Positions 19,621 to 30,748 of a stretch of DNA of 64,000 nucleotides are shown one piece after another. Below the pieces are notes generated by a model that was given only the letters and a program-made list of their open reading frames with translations, had not been told where the DNA came from and made no database searches. This DNA comes from Haliangiales bacterium. Lineage in GTDB: Bacteria > Myxococcota_A > Polyangia > Haliangiales > Haliangiaceae. Made by a program: the position numbers and the translations under genes. The DNA lies in assembly GCA_038321315.1 (NCBI GenBank), contig JBBQEX010000005.1:100097-164096 (forward strand). Reading direction: 5' to 3'. The stretch's first letter is position 1. Every line of letters starts with the position of its first letter.

Positions 19621-20919
19621 ATGAAGCTCATCGCCTTGCTCGCGCTGACCGCGTGCAGCTCCGACCCAAAATCCGCGGTCGCCGACGCGCCCGATCACGC
19701 GATCGACGCGATGGCCGACGGCGCACCCGACGCACCGGCGACCGGCACCGCGAGCATCCGGATCGCCAACCTCGGCACGAGCAATGTCGGGTTGCCGGTC
19801 TCGTTCGCCGATCCGACCGGCGCGCCGACCCAGCTCGTGATGACCGACGCGACCGGGATGGCGAGCGCGACCGTCACCGCGGGCGGCAGCGTCACGGTGT
19901 TCGTCAACACCTCGCTCGCGCTCGCGGTCCTCGACGTGCAGCCGGGCGACGCCATCGTGGTCGACAACGGCCCGATCCCGACCGTGGTCGGAACCGCGAA
20001 CGTCAACGTCACCGCGAAGACCAACGCCACGAACTACGCGGTGACCGCGGGCTGCAACGCGCGAAACCAGGCCGCCACGACGCCACCCGCCGCGATGTCG
20101 CTCGACATCACGACCGCGTGCGTGACCGGCACGAACACCTACGATCTGTTCGCGACCGCGACCGACGCGAGCGACCGCCTGATCGCGTACCAGGCACAGC
20201 TCGATCTCGTGCCGCCGACAGGCACGAAGTCGATCGCGATGTCGAGCTGGCAGACGGCGTTCACGAGCCTCGCGGTCGCGCTCGGTAACGCGCCGGTCGG
20301 GAGCGATGTGGTCGAGGTCGACACGTTCGCGCTCCGCGACAAGCGCCGGTTCCGCGGTGACTCCGTCAGCGGGCCGATCGTCGCCGGCGGTGGCAGCGCG
20401 CAGAGCCTCAACCTGCCGGCTGGCGCGTGGTCGGCGATGGCCTATGGAGTTCAGGTCAACAACACCTCCGGCGGGACCACCACGGTGGTGCGCTCGGCGC
20501 CGACACTCGGCGGGCTCGTCACGGTCGATCTCTCGACCGACCTGTTGCCGTACCTCCACGACCAGGCGGTCAACTTCCAGAACGGCACGACGCCGACGAT
20601 CCACTTCTTTGCCGACGGCCCGCTGACCAACGCGCGCGGGATGGTCGCCCAGGTCGCCTACACCGCGTCGTCGGGCGCGATCCAGATGATCGTGGTGATG
20701 CCGGCGGTGGTCGCGGCAGTCGATCTGCCGCGACTCCCCGACGCGCTGTCGGCGTATCGCCCCATGTTGCCGTTCTCCGGTGGGGTCCAGGTGATCGAGG
20801 CGCTCGGTGGCGATCTGTTCGCCGACGCGAAGGCCTTCCGTGAACATTTCGGCAGGACGCTCGCCGGCGATCTGTTCCCGCCGAGCGGCGGCCAGACGTC
20901 GCTGACCGTCGTCCAGTGA
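19621..20919 (+). CDS. Lipoprotein of unknown function.
   Basis: ATG at 19621 gives MKLIALLALTACSSD (lipobox LTAC). 432 aa, Thr/Ala/Gly-rich and beta-rich, with no recognised motif. The upstream 126 codons of the 19243..20919 ORF are antisense to the ccmE-like gene. Confidence 0.6.
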   Translation: MKLIALLALTACSSDPKSAVADAPDHAIDAMADGAPDAPATGTASIRIANLGTSNVGLPVSFADPTGAPTQLVMTDATGMASATVTAGGSVTVFVNTSLALAVLDVQPGDAIVVDNGPIPTVVGTANVNVTAKTNATNYAVTAGCNARNQAATTPPAAMSLDITTACVTGTNTYDLFATATDASDRLIAYQAQLDLVPPTGTKSIAMSSWQTAFTSLAVALGNAPVGSDVVEVDTFALRDKRRFRGDSVSGPIVAGGGSAQSLNLPAGAWSAMAYGVQVNNTSGGTTTVVRSAPTLGGLVTVDLSTDLLPYLHDQAVNFQNGTTPTIHFFADGPLTNARGMVAQVAYTASSGAIQMIVVMPAVVAAVDLPRLPDALSAYRPMLPFSGGVQVIEALGGDLFADAKAFREHFGRTLAGDLFPPSGGQTSLTVVQ

Positions 20920-21921
20920 TCAGAACGCGGCGTCGAGGCTGACCTCGCCCTCGACCCCGACCTGGTACGCCGACACGCGGCGCTCGAAGAAGTTCGTGAC
21001 CTCCTGGACGTCCTGAAGCTCGAGGAAGTCGAACGGGTTCTTCGCGTGGTACGTGCGCGCGAGGCCGAGCGTGGCGAGCCGCTGATCGGCGCAGTACTCG
21101 AGGTACGTGCGCAGCTCGCCGACCGACATCCCGGCGATGCCGCCGGCGAGCAGGTCGTCGGCGAACTGGGTCTCGCAGCGGATCGCGTCGTCGAGCATCG
21201 CGCGGATCTCGACCTCGAGCCCGGCATCGAACAGCGTCGGCTCCTCGCGCCGCACGGTCGCGACGACCTCGAACGCGAACGCCATGTGCGCGCTCTCGTC
21301 GCGGAACACCCAGTTCGTCCCGGCCGCGAGCCCGTGCAGGAGGCCGCGCGAGCGCAGGAAGTAGACGTAGGCGAACGCGCCGAAGAAGAACAGGCCCTCG
21401 ACGCACGCCGCGAAGCAGATCACGTTGAGCAGGAACCGCCGGCGATCCTCGATCGTCTCGAGCCGATCGAGCTCGTGGATCGAGTCCATCCACCGCATGC
21501 AGAACGCGGCCTTGGTGGCGATCGACGGGATGGTCTCGATCGCGGCGAACGCGCGCTGGCGCTCGACCGGATCGGGCACGTAGGTATCGAGCAGCGTCAG
21601 GTAGAACTGCACGTGCAGCGCTTCCTCGTAGAGCTGGCGCGACAGGTACATCCGCGCCTCGGGCGCGTTGACGTGCTTGTACAGATTGAGCACCAGGTTG
21701 TTCGCGACGATCGAGTCGCCGGTCGCGAAGAACGCGACGAGACGATGCACGAGGTGGCGCTCGGCGGCCGACATCTTCGCGAGGTCGGCGACGTCGGTGC
21801 CGAAGTCGATCTCCTCGACGGTCCAGGTGTTCTTGATCGCGCCGCGATACATCTCGTAGAACTGCGGATACGCCATCGGACGCAGCGTCAGGTTCATCCC
21901 GGGATCGAGGAGGTTGCTCAC
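20920..21921 (-). CDS. nrdB: Ribonucleotide reductase class Ia beta subunit (R2).
   Basis: ...LLDPGMNLTLRPMAYPQFYEMYRGAIKNTWTVEEIDF...EGLFFFGAFAYVYF...FRDESAHMAFAF..., with the ferritin-like diiron/tyrosyl radical motifs. The start is either the GTG overlapping the nrdA stop (GTGA, giving 21921) or the ATG at 21897. The remainder of the 526-aa ORF is run-through. Confidence 0.85.
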   Translation of the reverse strand: MSNLLDPGMNLTLRPMAYPQFYEMYRGAIKNTWTVEEIDFGTDVADLAKMSAAERHLVHRLVAFFATGDSIVANNLVLNLYKHVNAPEARMYLSRQLYEEALHVQFYLTLLDTYVPDPVERQRAFAAIETIPSIATKAAFCMRWMDSIHELDRLETIEDRRRFLLNVICFAACVEGLFFFGAFAYVYFLRSRGLLHGLAAGTNWVFRDESAHMAFAFEVVATVRREEPTLFDAGLEVEIRAMLDDAIRCETQFADDLLAGGIAGMSVGELRTYLEYCADQRLATLGLARTYHAKNPFDFLELQDVQEVTNFFERRVSAYQVGVEGEVSLDAAF

Positions 21922-24283
21922 TGGCAGGCCTCGCACGCGCCGGGGTTCTCGAGCGAGCAGGCGACCGCGTCGGCGTCGGCGACGACGACCGTGGTCTTCG
22001 CGATCCGCGTCGCCGGGCGCGACCGCAGGTAGTACGTCGTCTTCAGGCCGCGCTGCCACGCGTAGAAGTACATGCTCGACAGCGCGCCGATGTTCGGGCT
22101 CTCGACGAACAGGTTGAGCGACTGGCTCTGATCGAGGAACGCGCCGCGATCGGCGGCCATGTCGATCAGCGAGCGCATCGGGATCTCCCACGCGGTGCGG
22201 AACAGCCGGCGAACCGCGTCGGGCAACTCGACCATGCCCTGCACCGAGCCCTCGGCGATCTTCAGGCGGGTGCGCGTCGGCTCGGTCCACAGGCCGAGCT
22301 TCACGAGCACGTCGACCAGGTAGCGATTGACCTGGATGAAGTCGCCCGACAGCGTCTCGCGCTTGAACAGGTTCGACACCTGCGGCTCGATGCACTCGTA
22401 GCAGCCGGCGATCGACGCGATCGTCGCGGTCGGCGCGATCGCGATCATCAGCGAGTTGCGCAGGCCGGTCTCCTGGATCCGCGCGCGCAGGGCATCCCAC
22501 CGCGCGGGCTCGGCGGGCGTGACCTTCCAGGCGTCGAACTGCAGCTCGCCGCGCGCGGCACGGGTCTCGGGAAACGCCGGGTGTGCGCCCTTGTCGACCG
22601 CGAGCTCGACCGACGCGGTCAGCGCGTGGAAGTAGATCTCCTCGGCGATCTTCGCCGACAGCGCGCGCGCCGCCGGATCATCGAACGGCAGGCTCAGCTG
22701 GAAGAACACGTCCTGCAACCCCATGACCCCGAGGCCGACCGGGCGCCATCGCAGGTTCGAGCGGCGGGTCGCCTCGATCGGGTAGTAGTTGAGATCGATC
22801 ACGCGATCGAGCTGGCGGATCGCGATCCGCACGGTGCGCGCGAGCTTGCCGAAGTCGAACGCGCCGTCGCGCACGTGGCGCGACAGGTTGATCGAGCCGA
22901 GGTTGCACACCGCGGCCTCCTCGGCGGAGGTCACCTCGATGATCTCGGTGCACAGGTTCGACAGGTGCACGGTGCGACCGGGCAGGGCGGTCTGGTTGCA
23001 GCCGCGGTTCGACGCGTCCTTCCACGTCATCCAGCCGTTGCCGGTCTGCGCGAGCGTCCGCATCATTCGCGCGTAGAGGTCGCGCGCCTTCACGGTCTTC
23101 GCCGCGAGGCCGGCCTCCTCGGCGGCCTCGTACGCGCGATCGAACTCCGCGCCGAACAGATCGGGGAGCGCGGGGACGCGCTTGGGATCGAACAGGCTCC
23201 AGGTGCCGTTCGCCTCGACCCGCCGCATGAACAGATCGGGGATCCAGTTCGCGATGTTGAGGTTGTGCGTGCGGCTGGCCTCGTCGCCGGTGTTGTCGCG
23301 CAGCTCGAGGAACGCCTCGATGTCGGCGTGCCACGACTCGAGGTAGACGCACGCCGCGCCCTTGCGCTTGCCACCCTGGTTGACCGCGGACACCGAGGCG
23401 TCGAGCGTCTTGAGCCACGGCACGATGCCGTTCGAGTGGCCGTTCGTGCTCTCGATCAGCGAGCCGCGCGAGCGGACGCGGTGGTATGCGAGGCCGATGC
23501 CACCGGAGAACTTCGAGAGCAGCGCGACGTCGGTGTACTTGGCGTAGATCGACTCGAGGTGATCGGCCGGCGAGTCGAGCAGGAAGCAGCTCGACAGCTG
23601 CTCGTGCGACGTGCCGGAGTTGAACAGCGTCGGCGAGCTCGGCAGGTACTCGAGCGACGACATCAGGTGATAGAGGTCCATCGCGTCGCCGATCGTCTCG
23701 GTCAGCGCGCACGCGATCCGCAGGAAGAACTGCTGCGGCGTCTCGATCACGAGGCGCGTGATCGGGTGCCGGATCAGGTAGCGGTCGTAGACCGTGCGCA
23801 GCCCGAAGTACTCGAACTCGCGATCGCGCTCGCCGGCGATCGTGTCGTTGAGCTTGCGCGCGTGGCGCACGACCAGCTGGGCGAGCCGCGCGTTGACCAG
23901 GCCGAGCTGGTGGCCGAGCGCGATCGACTGCGAGAACGCGTGGATCTCCTGGTTGCGGACCTCCTTGTCGATGTAGGTCGCGAGCAACCGGGCCGCGAGC
24001 CGGCCGTACTGCGGCTCCTCGACGATCAGCGCGGCGGCGGTCTGGATCGACAGCCGATCGAGCTCGCTCGTGGTCGCGCCGTCGTACAGCCCGCTGATCG
24101 TCTTCATCGCGACGCGCAGCGCGTCGACCTCGGGCAGGCCCGCGCAGCAGCGGTTGACCGCCTTCACGATCTTGCCGACGTCGACCACCTCGCACGATCC
24201 GTCGCGCTTGGTGACCTTCATCGAGGTCTGCGTCAGGGGAACAAATGGGGAAACGGGAACGCGCGGCGACGACTCGATCTGCA
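21918..24283 (-). CDS. nrdA: Ribonucleotide reductase class Ia alpha subunit (R1), with an N-terminal ATP-cone.
   Basis: MQIESSPRVPVSPFVPLTQTSMKVTKRDGSCEVVDVGKIVKAV... The start aligns with E. coli NrdA (LLVTKRDGSTERINLDKIHRVL). Catalytic-region motifs include SNLCTEI, the C-terminal CxxC, and GLKTTYYLR. The ATG near 24283 has a perfect AAGGAG Shine-Dalgarno 6 nt upstream. The alternative start is MKVTK at about 24221. Confidence 0.85.
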
Positions 24284-24319
24284 TCGATGACTCCTTGCAC
24301 CTCCCTCCGAGGTGCGGAT

Positions 24320-24475
24320 GGTTCCGAGCAGGCAGGTATTCGGACTCGCGAGCGCGCCGTGATCGGCACCTACTGTCCACGGTTGTCGTGGAGGTCGTTC
24401 TCGTTTACCGCTGCGGGGCAGTCCCGGACTCACACCGGGTTCCCGTACCAGCTCGGCTATGGCTGAGATTTCTTG
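24320..24475 (-). promoter_or_regulatory. Putative cobalamin (B12) riboswitch in the nrdAB leader.
   Basis: The minus-strand leader reads ...GGUACGGGAACCCGGUGUGAGUCCGGGACUGCCCCGCAGCGGUAAACGAG...GAGUCCGAAUACCUGCC..., which matches the cobalamin riboswitch core (GGGAAnnnGGUGnAAnUCCnnGCnGcCCCGCaACUGUAA and the 3-prime rAGYCMGGAAGRCCUGCC element). A stem-loop GCACCUC-GGAGG-GAGGUGC sits immediately upstream of the AAGGAG SD. Confidence 0.55.
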
Positions 24476-24532
24476 TACGCGCTCGCCCTGACACTCGGCA
24501 ACTAATCGACCACTAAATCTGGGGTCCGAGGA

Positions 24533-26611
24533 TCAGTCGGACACCATGGCTAGGAGATCTCGCACCCGTTGGAGCAAAGAATCCGGCGTCAGCGGCTTCT
24601 GGATCAGCTCGACGCCGGGGTCGAGGATGCCCTGGCTGCCGAGCTCGTCATCCGTGTACCCCGACATGAACAGCACGAGGGACTCGGGGTGGATCTCCTT
24701 CCAGTGGACCGCGAGCTGGGGACCGCCGAGCCGCGGCATGATCACGTCGGTCAGCAGGAGATCGATCGGCAGGTAGATCGTCCGCGCGTCCGCGAGGGCC
24801 TGCTCGCCATCGCTCGCCTCGTGCACGGTGTAGCCGGCACCGCGCAGCACGGTGCAGATCAGCGTGCGCACCTCGTGCTGGTCCTCGACCACGAAGATCC
24901 GAGCGTCGCTCGGGGCCACGACCACCGGCGCCGCACGCGGGGCGATCGGCGCCGCGGGTTTGAGACTGGTCGGCAAGTACACCCGGAACGTGGTGCCGCG
25001 GCCGATGACACTGTCGACCGTGACGTGCCCGCCGCTCTGCTTGCAGATGCCCATCACGGTCGACAGCCCGAGCCCGGTGCCTTTGCCGCGCGGCTTGGTC
25101 GTGAAGAACGGCTCGAACAGGTGAGGATGCGTCTTGGTATCGATCCCGCTGCCGGTGTCGACGACGGCGAGCGTGGTGAACGGTCCCATCGCGAGCCCGA
25201 GCTTGGCGGCGCTCGCCGCGTCGAGCTCGACGCGCGCGGCCTCGAGCGTGAGCACGCCGCCGCGCCCCTCCATCGCGTCGCGCGCGTTGACCACGAGGTT
25301 CATGACGACCTGCTCGATCTGCCCGGCATCGACGATGACGTGGCCGAGCTCTGCCGGCGCGACGATGCGGAGCTCGATGGTCTCGCCGATCAATCGTCGG
25401 ATCATGTCCTCCATCGCGCGCAGCGTCGCGGCGAGATCGATCGCGGTCGGTTCGAGGACCTGCTGGCGCGAGAACGCCAGGAGCTGGCGCGTCAGCTCGG
25501 CGGCGCGATTTCCGGCGCGATCGATCTGGATGACGTCCTGCACCGCGCGGCTCCCGTGCGGCAGCGCGCGCTTGAGGATCGCGGCGTAGCTGAGGATCAC
25601 GGTGAGCAGGTTGTTGAAGTCGTGCGCGACGCCACCGGCGAGGCGGCCGAGCGCCTCCATCCGCTGCGCCTGCCGCAGCTCGGTCTCGAGCCGTTGGGTC
25701 TCGCGCAGGTCGCGCTGCACGGTCGCGAACCCGAGCGGCGTGCCCTCGGAGTCGCGCATGAGGAACGAGCTGATCTGCGTCGGGATCAGCTCGCCGGTCA
25801 CGAAGTGTCGCAGCACGCCCTGACCCTGCCAGCTGCCGCGCTCGCGGATGATGTCGCCGCGGCGGAGGCCATCCTCGGTGTGGAAGTCGGGCAGCGTGAG
25901 GTCGCGGACGTCGCGATCGGGTGGCAGGCCGACGAGCGCGCGGCCCGCCGCGTTGACGAACAGCACGCGCCCGTCGAGCGACGCCATCGCGATCATCTCG
26001 GTGCTGTTCTCGACCAGCGACACGAAGCGCGCGGACTTCTCCTCGGCGCGACGGCGCTCCTCGAGCTCGGCCTGGAGCGAGACCACGAGCTGGGCGTTCG
26101 CGATCGCGAGCGCCGCGTGGTCCGCGAGGCTCCGCGCGAACGCGAGGTCGGCCTCGTCGAACACGCCGCTGTCGGGCGCGTAGCGCATCAACGTGACCGC
26201 GCCGAACCGGCGGCCGCGCGCGTGAAGCGGCACGGCGAGGAAGCTGCGCGGGCGCAGCGCGCAAACGACCGCGGCGAACGGCTGCTCGGCACGTGCGGCG
26301 AGCTCGTCGGGATCGACGTGCAGCATCATGGGGTCGCCGGTGTTCGCGACGCGCGCGGCCAGCCCGACGCCGACCGCCCCGACCTCGACGCGACGGATCG
26401 CTTCGAGCAGGAGCGCGGCCGAAGCCGGATCGCGCGCGGCGGCGGTGCAGTGCTCGGCCCACGCACCCGCGTCATCGACCAGCGCGACCACGCAGCCATC
26501 GCCGATCAGCCGGACGAGCTCGTCGGCGACCGTCGCCAGGAGGCTCGGGTAGTCGGTCGTCGTCTCGGCGAACGCGCGAAACGCCTCGGACAGCGCGAAC
26601 ACCCGATCCAC
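24533..26611 (-). CDS. Hybrid sensor histidine kinase (GAF-PAS-HisKA-HATPase_c-REC).
   Basis: 692 aa. N-terminal GAF-like region, a PAS domain (..VENSTEMIAMASLDGRVLFVNAAG..), the H-box GGVAHDFNNLLTVI, N/G boxes (NLVVNARDAM, DTGSGI, GKGTGLGLS), and a C-terminal receiver (VEDQHEVR..LLLTDVIMP..). Confidence 0.85.
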   Translation of the reverse strand: MDRVFALSEAFRAFAETTTDYPSLLATVADELVRLIGDGCVVALVDDAGAWAEHCTAAARDPASAALLLEAIRRVEVGAVGVGLAARVANTGDPMMLHVDPDELAARAEQPFAAVVCALRPRSFLAVPLHARGRRFGAVTLMRYAPDSGVFDEADLAFARSLADHAALAIANAQLVVSLQAELEERRRAEEKSARFVSLVENSTEMIAMASLDGRVLFVNAAGRALVGLPPDRDVRDLTLPDFHTEDGLRRGDIIRERGSWQGQGVLRHFVTGELIPTQISSFLMRDSEGTPLGFATVQRDLRETQRLETELRQAQRMEALGRLAGGVAHDFNNLLTVILSYAAILKRALPHGSRAVQDVIQIDRAGNRAAELTRQLLAFSRQQVLEPTAIDLAATLRAMEDMIRRLIGETIELRIVAPAELGHVIVDAGQIEQVVMNLVVNARDAMEGRGGVLTLEAARVELDAASAAKLGLAMGPFTTLAVVDTGSGIDTKTHPHLFEPFFTTKPRGKGTGLGLSTVMGICKQSGGHVTVDSVIGRGTTFRVYLPTSLKPAAPIAPRAAPVVVAPSDARIFVVEDQHEVRTLICTVLRGAGYTVHEASDGEQALADARTIYLPIDLLLTDVIMPRLGGPQLAVHWKEIHPESLVLFMSGYTDDELGSQGILDPGVELIQKPLTPDSLLQRVRDLLAMVSD

Positions 26612-26650
26612 AACCTCAGGTTCGCACGGGATCGGCTACGATTTCGTTCC

Positions 26651-26914
26651 ATGCCGCGCTTCATTGTCGTCCACCACGCGCCGGGCGTGACCCCCGAGGA
26701 GTTCCAGAAGAGCGTCCCGGCCGTGCTCGAGGGCAAGTTCGCGAAGTTCGTGCAGTGCTACGCCAACATGGTCGATGGTCTGATCATCAACCTGTACGAC
26801 GGCGACGACGCCGAGGCGGTCGGTCGCGAGCTCGAGCGCATCGGGTTTCCGTACGACGAGATCAAGCCACTCCAGTTCGCCGCGTCGTTCGACGAGCTGT
26901 CTGCGATGCCGTGA
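26651..26914 (+). CDS. DUF4242-family small protein (SCO4226-like).
   Basis: MPRFIVVHHAPGVTPEEFQKSVPAVLEG..VQCYANMVDGLIINLYDGDDAEAV; compare the DUF4242 pattern MPKFMDVHHGPGVTPEEV... It is the last part of the 24569..26914 ORF frame, and its stop overlaps the next start (TGATG). Confidence 0.5.
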   Translation: MPRFIVVHHAPGVTPEEFQKSVPAVLEGKFAKFVQCYANMVDGLIINLYDGDDAEAVGRELERIGFPYDEIKPLQFAASFDELSAMP

Positions 26915-27561
26915 TGTGGTTCGACGAGCCGCCGGCGAAGCAGCCGCTGAAGGTCAACGTGTTCGCGCACGCGATGGCGCATCAGGGGATGCTCCAACAG
27001 GCGCCGCTGTTCCCGTACGTCGGCCCTGGCGACCTCGTGCCGACCGCGGCGCTGTCGCTCACGCTGCCCGACACGCCGCGCGTGCACTTCTATCACCACA
27101 ACGACGTCACCGAGGTCATCCTCTGCATGGCGAGCGAGGGCGGCACGATCGCGACGGGGCAGCTCTATCTCCAGCAGGGCACCCACGGGGTGACGACGTT
27201 CCTGCGCGAGCCGACCGGCCCCGAGGCGAAGCACTACCAGCTCTCGCTGATCACCTTTCGCATGCGCGAGGTCGGGCCGCAGATGGAGGGCTTCATCCTG
27301 CGCTGCCACGGCTGCAACGCGATCGTGTTCCGCATGGATCGCGACATCTGGCAGCCCGCGTCGCGCGCGCACTATCCCGAGCTCGCGAACCTGCGGTTCT
27401 ACGCCGATGCCGCCGATGCCTACAACGCGATCCCGCGAACGTGCGAGGCGTGCGCGCTGGCGCAGCTGCCGTTCCCCTCGGAGCTGATGGGCTGGCGGCG
27501 CTACGTGCAGTACGTCGAGCTCGCGAATCGCGCGCAGACCGATCTGCTCGAGGCGGGCTGA
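26914..27561 (+). CDS. 3-hydroxyanthranilate 3,4-dioxygenase (HAO)-like cupin protein, paralogue 1.
   Basis: 215 aa: MWFDEPPAKQPLKVNVF..HFYHHNDVTEVILCMASEGGTI..LITFRMREVGPQMEGFILRCHGCNAIVF...RTCEACA. This is a cupin fold with a C-terminal CxxC...CxxC rubredoxin-like pair, as in bacterial HAO. The start overlaps the DUF4242 stop. Confidence 0.45.
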   Translation: MWFDEPPAKQPLKVNVFAHAMAHQGMLQQAPLFPYVGPGDLVPTAALSLTLPDTPRVHFYHHNDVTEVILCMASEGGTIATGQLYLQQGTHGVTTFLREPTGPEAKHYQLSLITFRMREVGPQMEGFILRCHGCNAIVFRMDRDIWQPASRAHYPELANLRFYADAADAYNAIPRTCEACALAQLPFPSELMGWRRYVQYVELANRAQTDLLEAG

Positions 27562-28103
27562 TGCTGGAACGCAAGAAGACGCTGAACGTGTTCAAGGACG
27601 CCAAGCACGCGTTCGGCTCGTACGACGACTTTCCGGTCGGCCCGCCGGGTACCGATCCGATGCCGCACCTGTCGCGCAACCGCTGCGATCAGCCGTTCTT
27701 CCTGATCGCCGAGCGCGACCAGGTGCTCGTACAGATGGCCGGCCGCGCGACGCTGCGCTTCCAGGGCGCACCGGCGGTCGCGCTCGCCCCCGGCGACACC
27801 GTGTACCTGCCGGCGCGGATGCCGAGCCGGATCTTCCCCGACGGCGAGTGCGTGCAGCTCCGGCTCAAGGCCGAGCCCGGCGGCAAGGAAGCGATCGCCT
27901 GGTACTGCGAGCCGTGCGGCACGCTGCTGCACGCGATCGAGATCGCGCCGGGCGTCGTCCAGGCCGCGTACCTCGCCGGTGTGCACGCGTTCAACGCGAG
28001 CCCACGGCGCTGCCAGGACTGCGGCCTCGAGCATCCGCGGGTCGAGCTCGGCGACATCGCGTGGGACGCGGTCGCTACGGCGCTTTGCACGCCGGCGGGA
28101 TGA
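27561..28103 (+). CDS. HAO-like cupin protein, paralogue 2.
   Basis: 180 aa: MLERKKTLNVFKDAKHAFGSYDD..LSRNRCDQPFFLIAERDQVLVQMAG..GDTVYLPARMPSRIF..IAWYCEPCGTLLH...RRCQDCG. This matches the HAO pattern (..gemFLLP..vpHSP.R...WyCe.C... plus a distal CxxC). TGATG overlap with paralogue 1. Confidence 0.45.
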   Translation: MLERKKTLNVFKDAKHAFGSYDDFPVGPPGTDPMPHLSRNRCDQPFFLIAERDQVLVQMAGRATLRFQGAPAVALAPGDTVYLPARMPSRIFPDGECVQLRLKAEPGGKEAIAWYCEPCGTLLHAIEIAPGVVQAAYLAGVHAFNASPRRCQDCGLEHPRVELGDIAWDAVATALCTPAG

Positions 28104-29015
28104 TCGCCTTCACCGCGCCGGTCTTGCGATCGAGCACGCCAACGCGGCCCGCCTCGGTGACGTAGACCAGCGTATCGCCGTGCGCCGCGAAGCCGGCCGC
28201 CGCGGCGTAGTCGCCCGCCCGCGTGAGCGGCGCGAGCTCGAACTTCATGACGCGCTTCGCGGTCGCGAGGTCGACGACGATCAACAGCGGGGCGTCGAGC
28301 TGCTTGAACGCCCACTGCGAGCCGTCGACCGGCCAGGTATCGACCGTGTTCTGCGTGAAGTCCGGGAGCGCGACCGGCCCGATCAGCTTGCCGGCGCGCG
28401 TGTAGATCCGCCCGCCATCGGAGACCGGCGACGCGTGGCCCCACACGATCAGGCGATCGTCGCCGGCGAACGTCGGCAGGTCGAGCGGCGATGGATCGCC
28501 CATGTCGGTCTTCCAGCCCTTCAGCGTCACGATCCGCTTGCCGGTCGCGCCGTCGTAGAGCCCGATCGCGGTGCCGCTGGATTCCTGGTGCGCGAGGAGC
28601 TTGCCGTCGTCGCTGACCGCGACGTCGCCGTCCTTGAACGGCGGCTTCGGGTGCACCTCGGTGCAGCTTGGCTTCGTGCTCGGCGGGCACAGCTTGACCG
28701 AGCCGTCGGGCGAGACGGTCGCGGCCGGCGGCGAGTCGGTGGCAGGGAGTGCGGGCGTGGTCGGGATCGCGGCGACGGTGCCGGCCGCGAGGTCGACCTT
28801 CCAGCACGTGCGGGCCTCGGTGGTGCAGTACGTCACCGCGTCGGGGCCGATCTTCACGTCGCCGATCGTCGCGTCGGCGGGAAGGCAGCTGGCGAGCGCG
28901 GCGTCGGCGGGCACGGCGGCGTCGGCGACGACCGGCTTCTCGGGCACCAGCTCGACCACCTTCTCCGGCTTGTCCTTCGTGTTGCAGCTCGCGAGCGCGA
29001 TCACGAATCCGAGAG
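28075..29015 (-). CDS. Lipoprotein of unknown function (third gene of the MVP-kinase operon).
   Basis: The real start is MRMALGFVIALASCNTKDK (lipobox LASC) at about 29015. 313 aa with conserved Cys pairs and beta-rich sequence. It lies 20 nt downstream of the kinase gene. Confidence 0.55.
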
Positions 29016-29035
29016 CCATGCGCATCGCGGCTAAC

Positions 29036-30739
<1,704 letters not shown>

Positions 30740-30748
30740 GATAGCGCA

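Noticed and set aside
24283-24532. NrdR box (ACACWAWATWTWGTGT-like pair) in the nrd leader
   Set aside because: I looked for a pair of 16-bp palindromes. Only a loose TTAGTGGTCGATTAGTTG direct repeat is present. This is not convincing, and the region is better explained by the B12 riboswitch.
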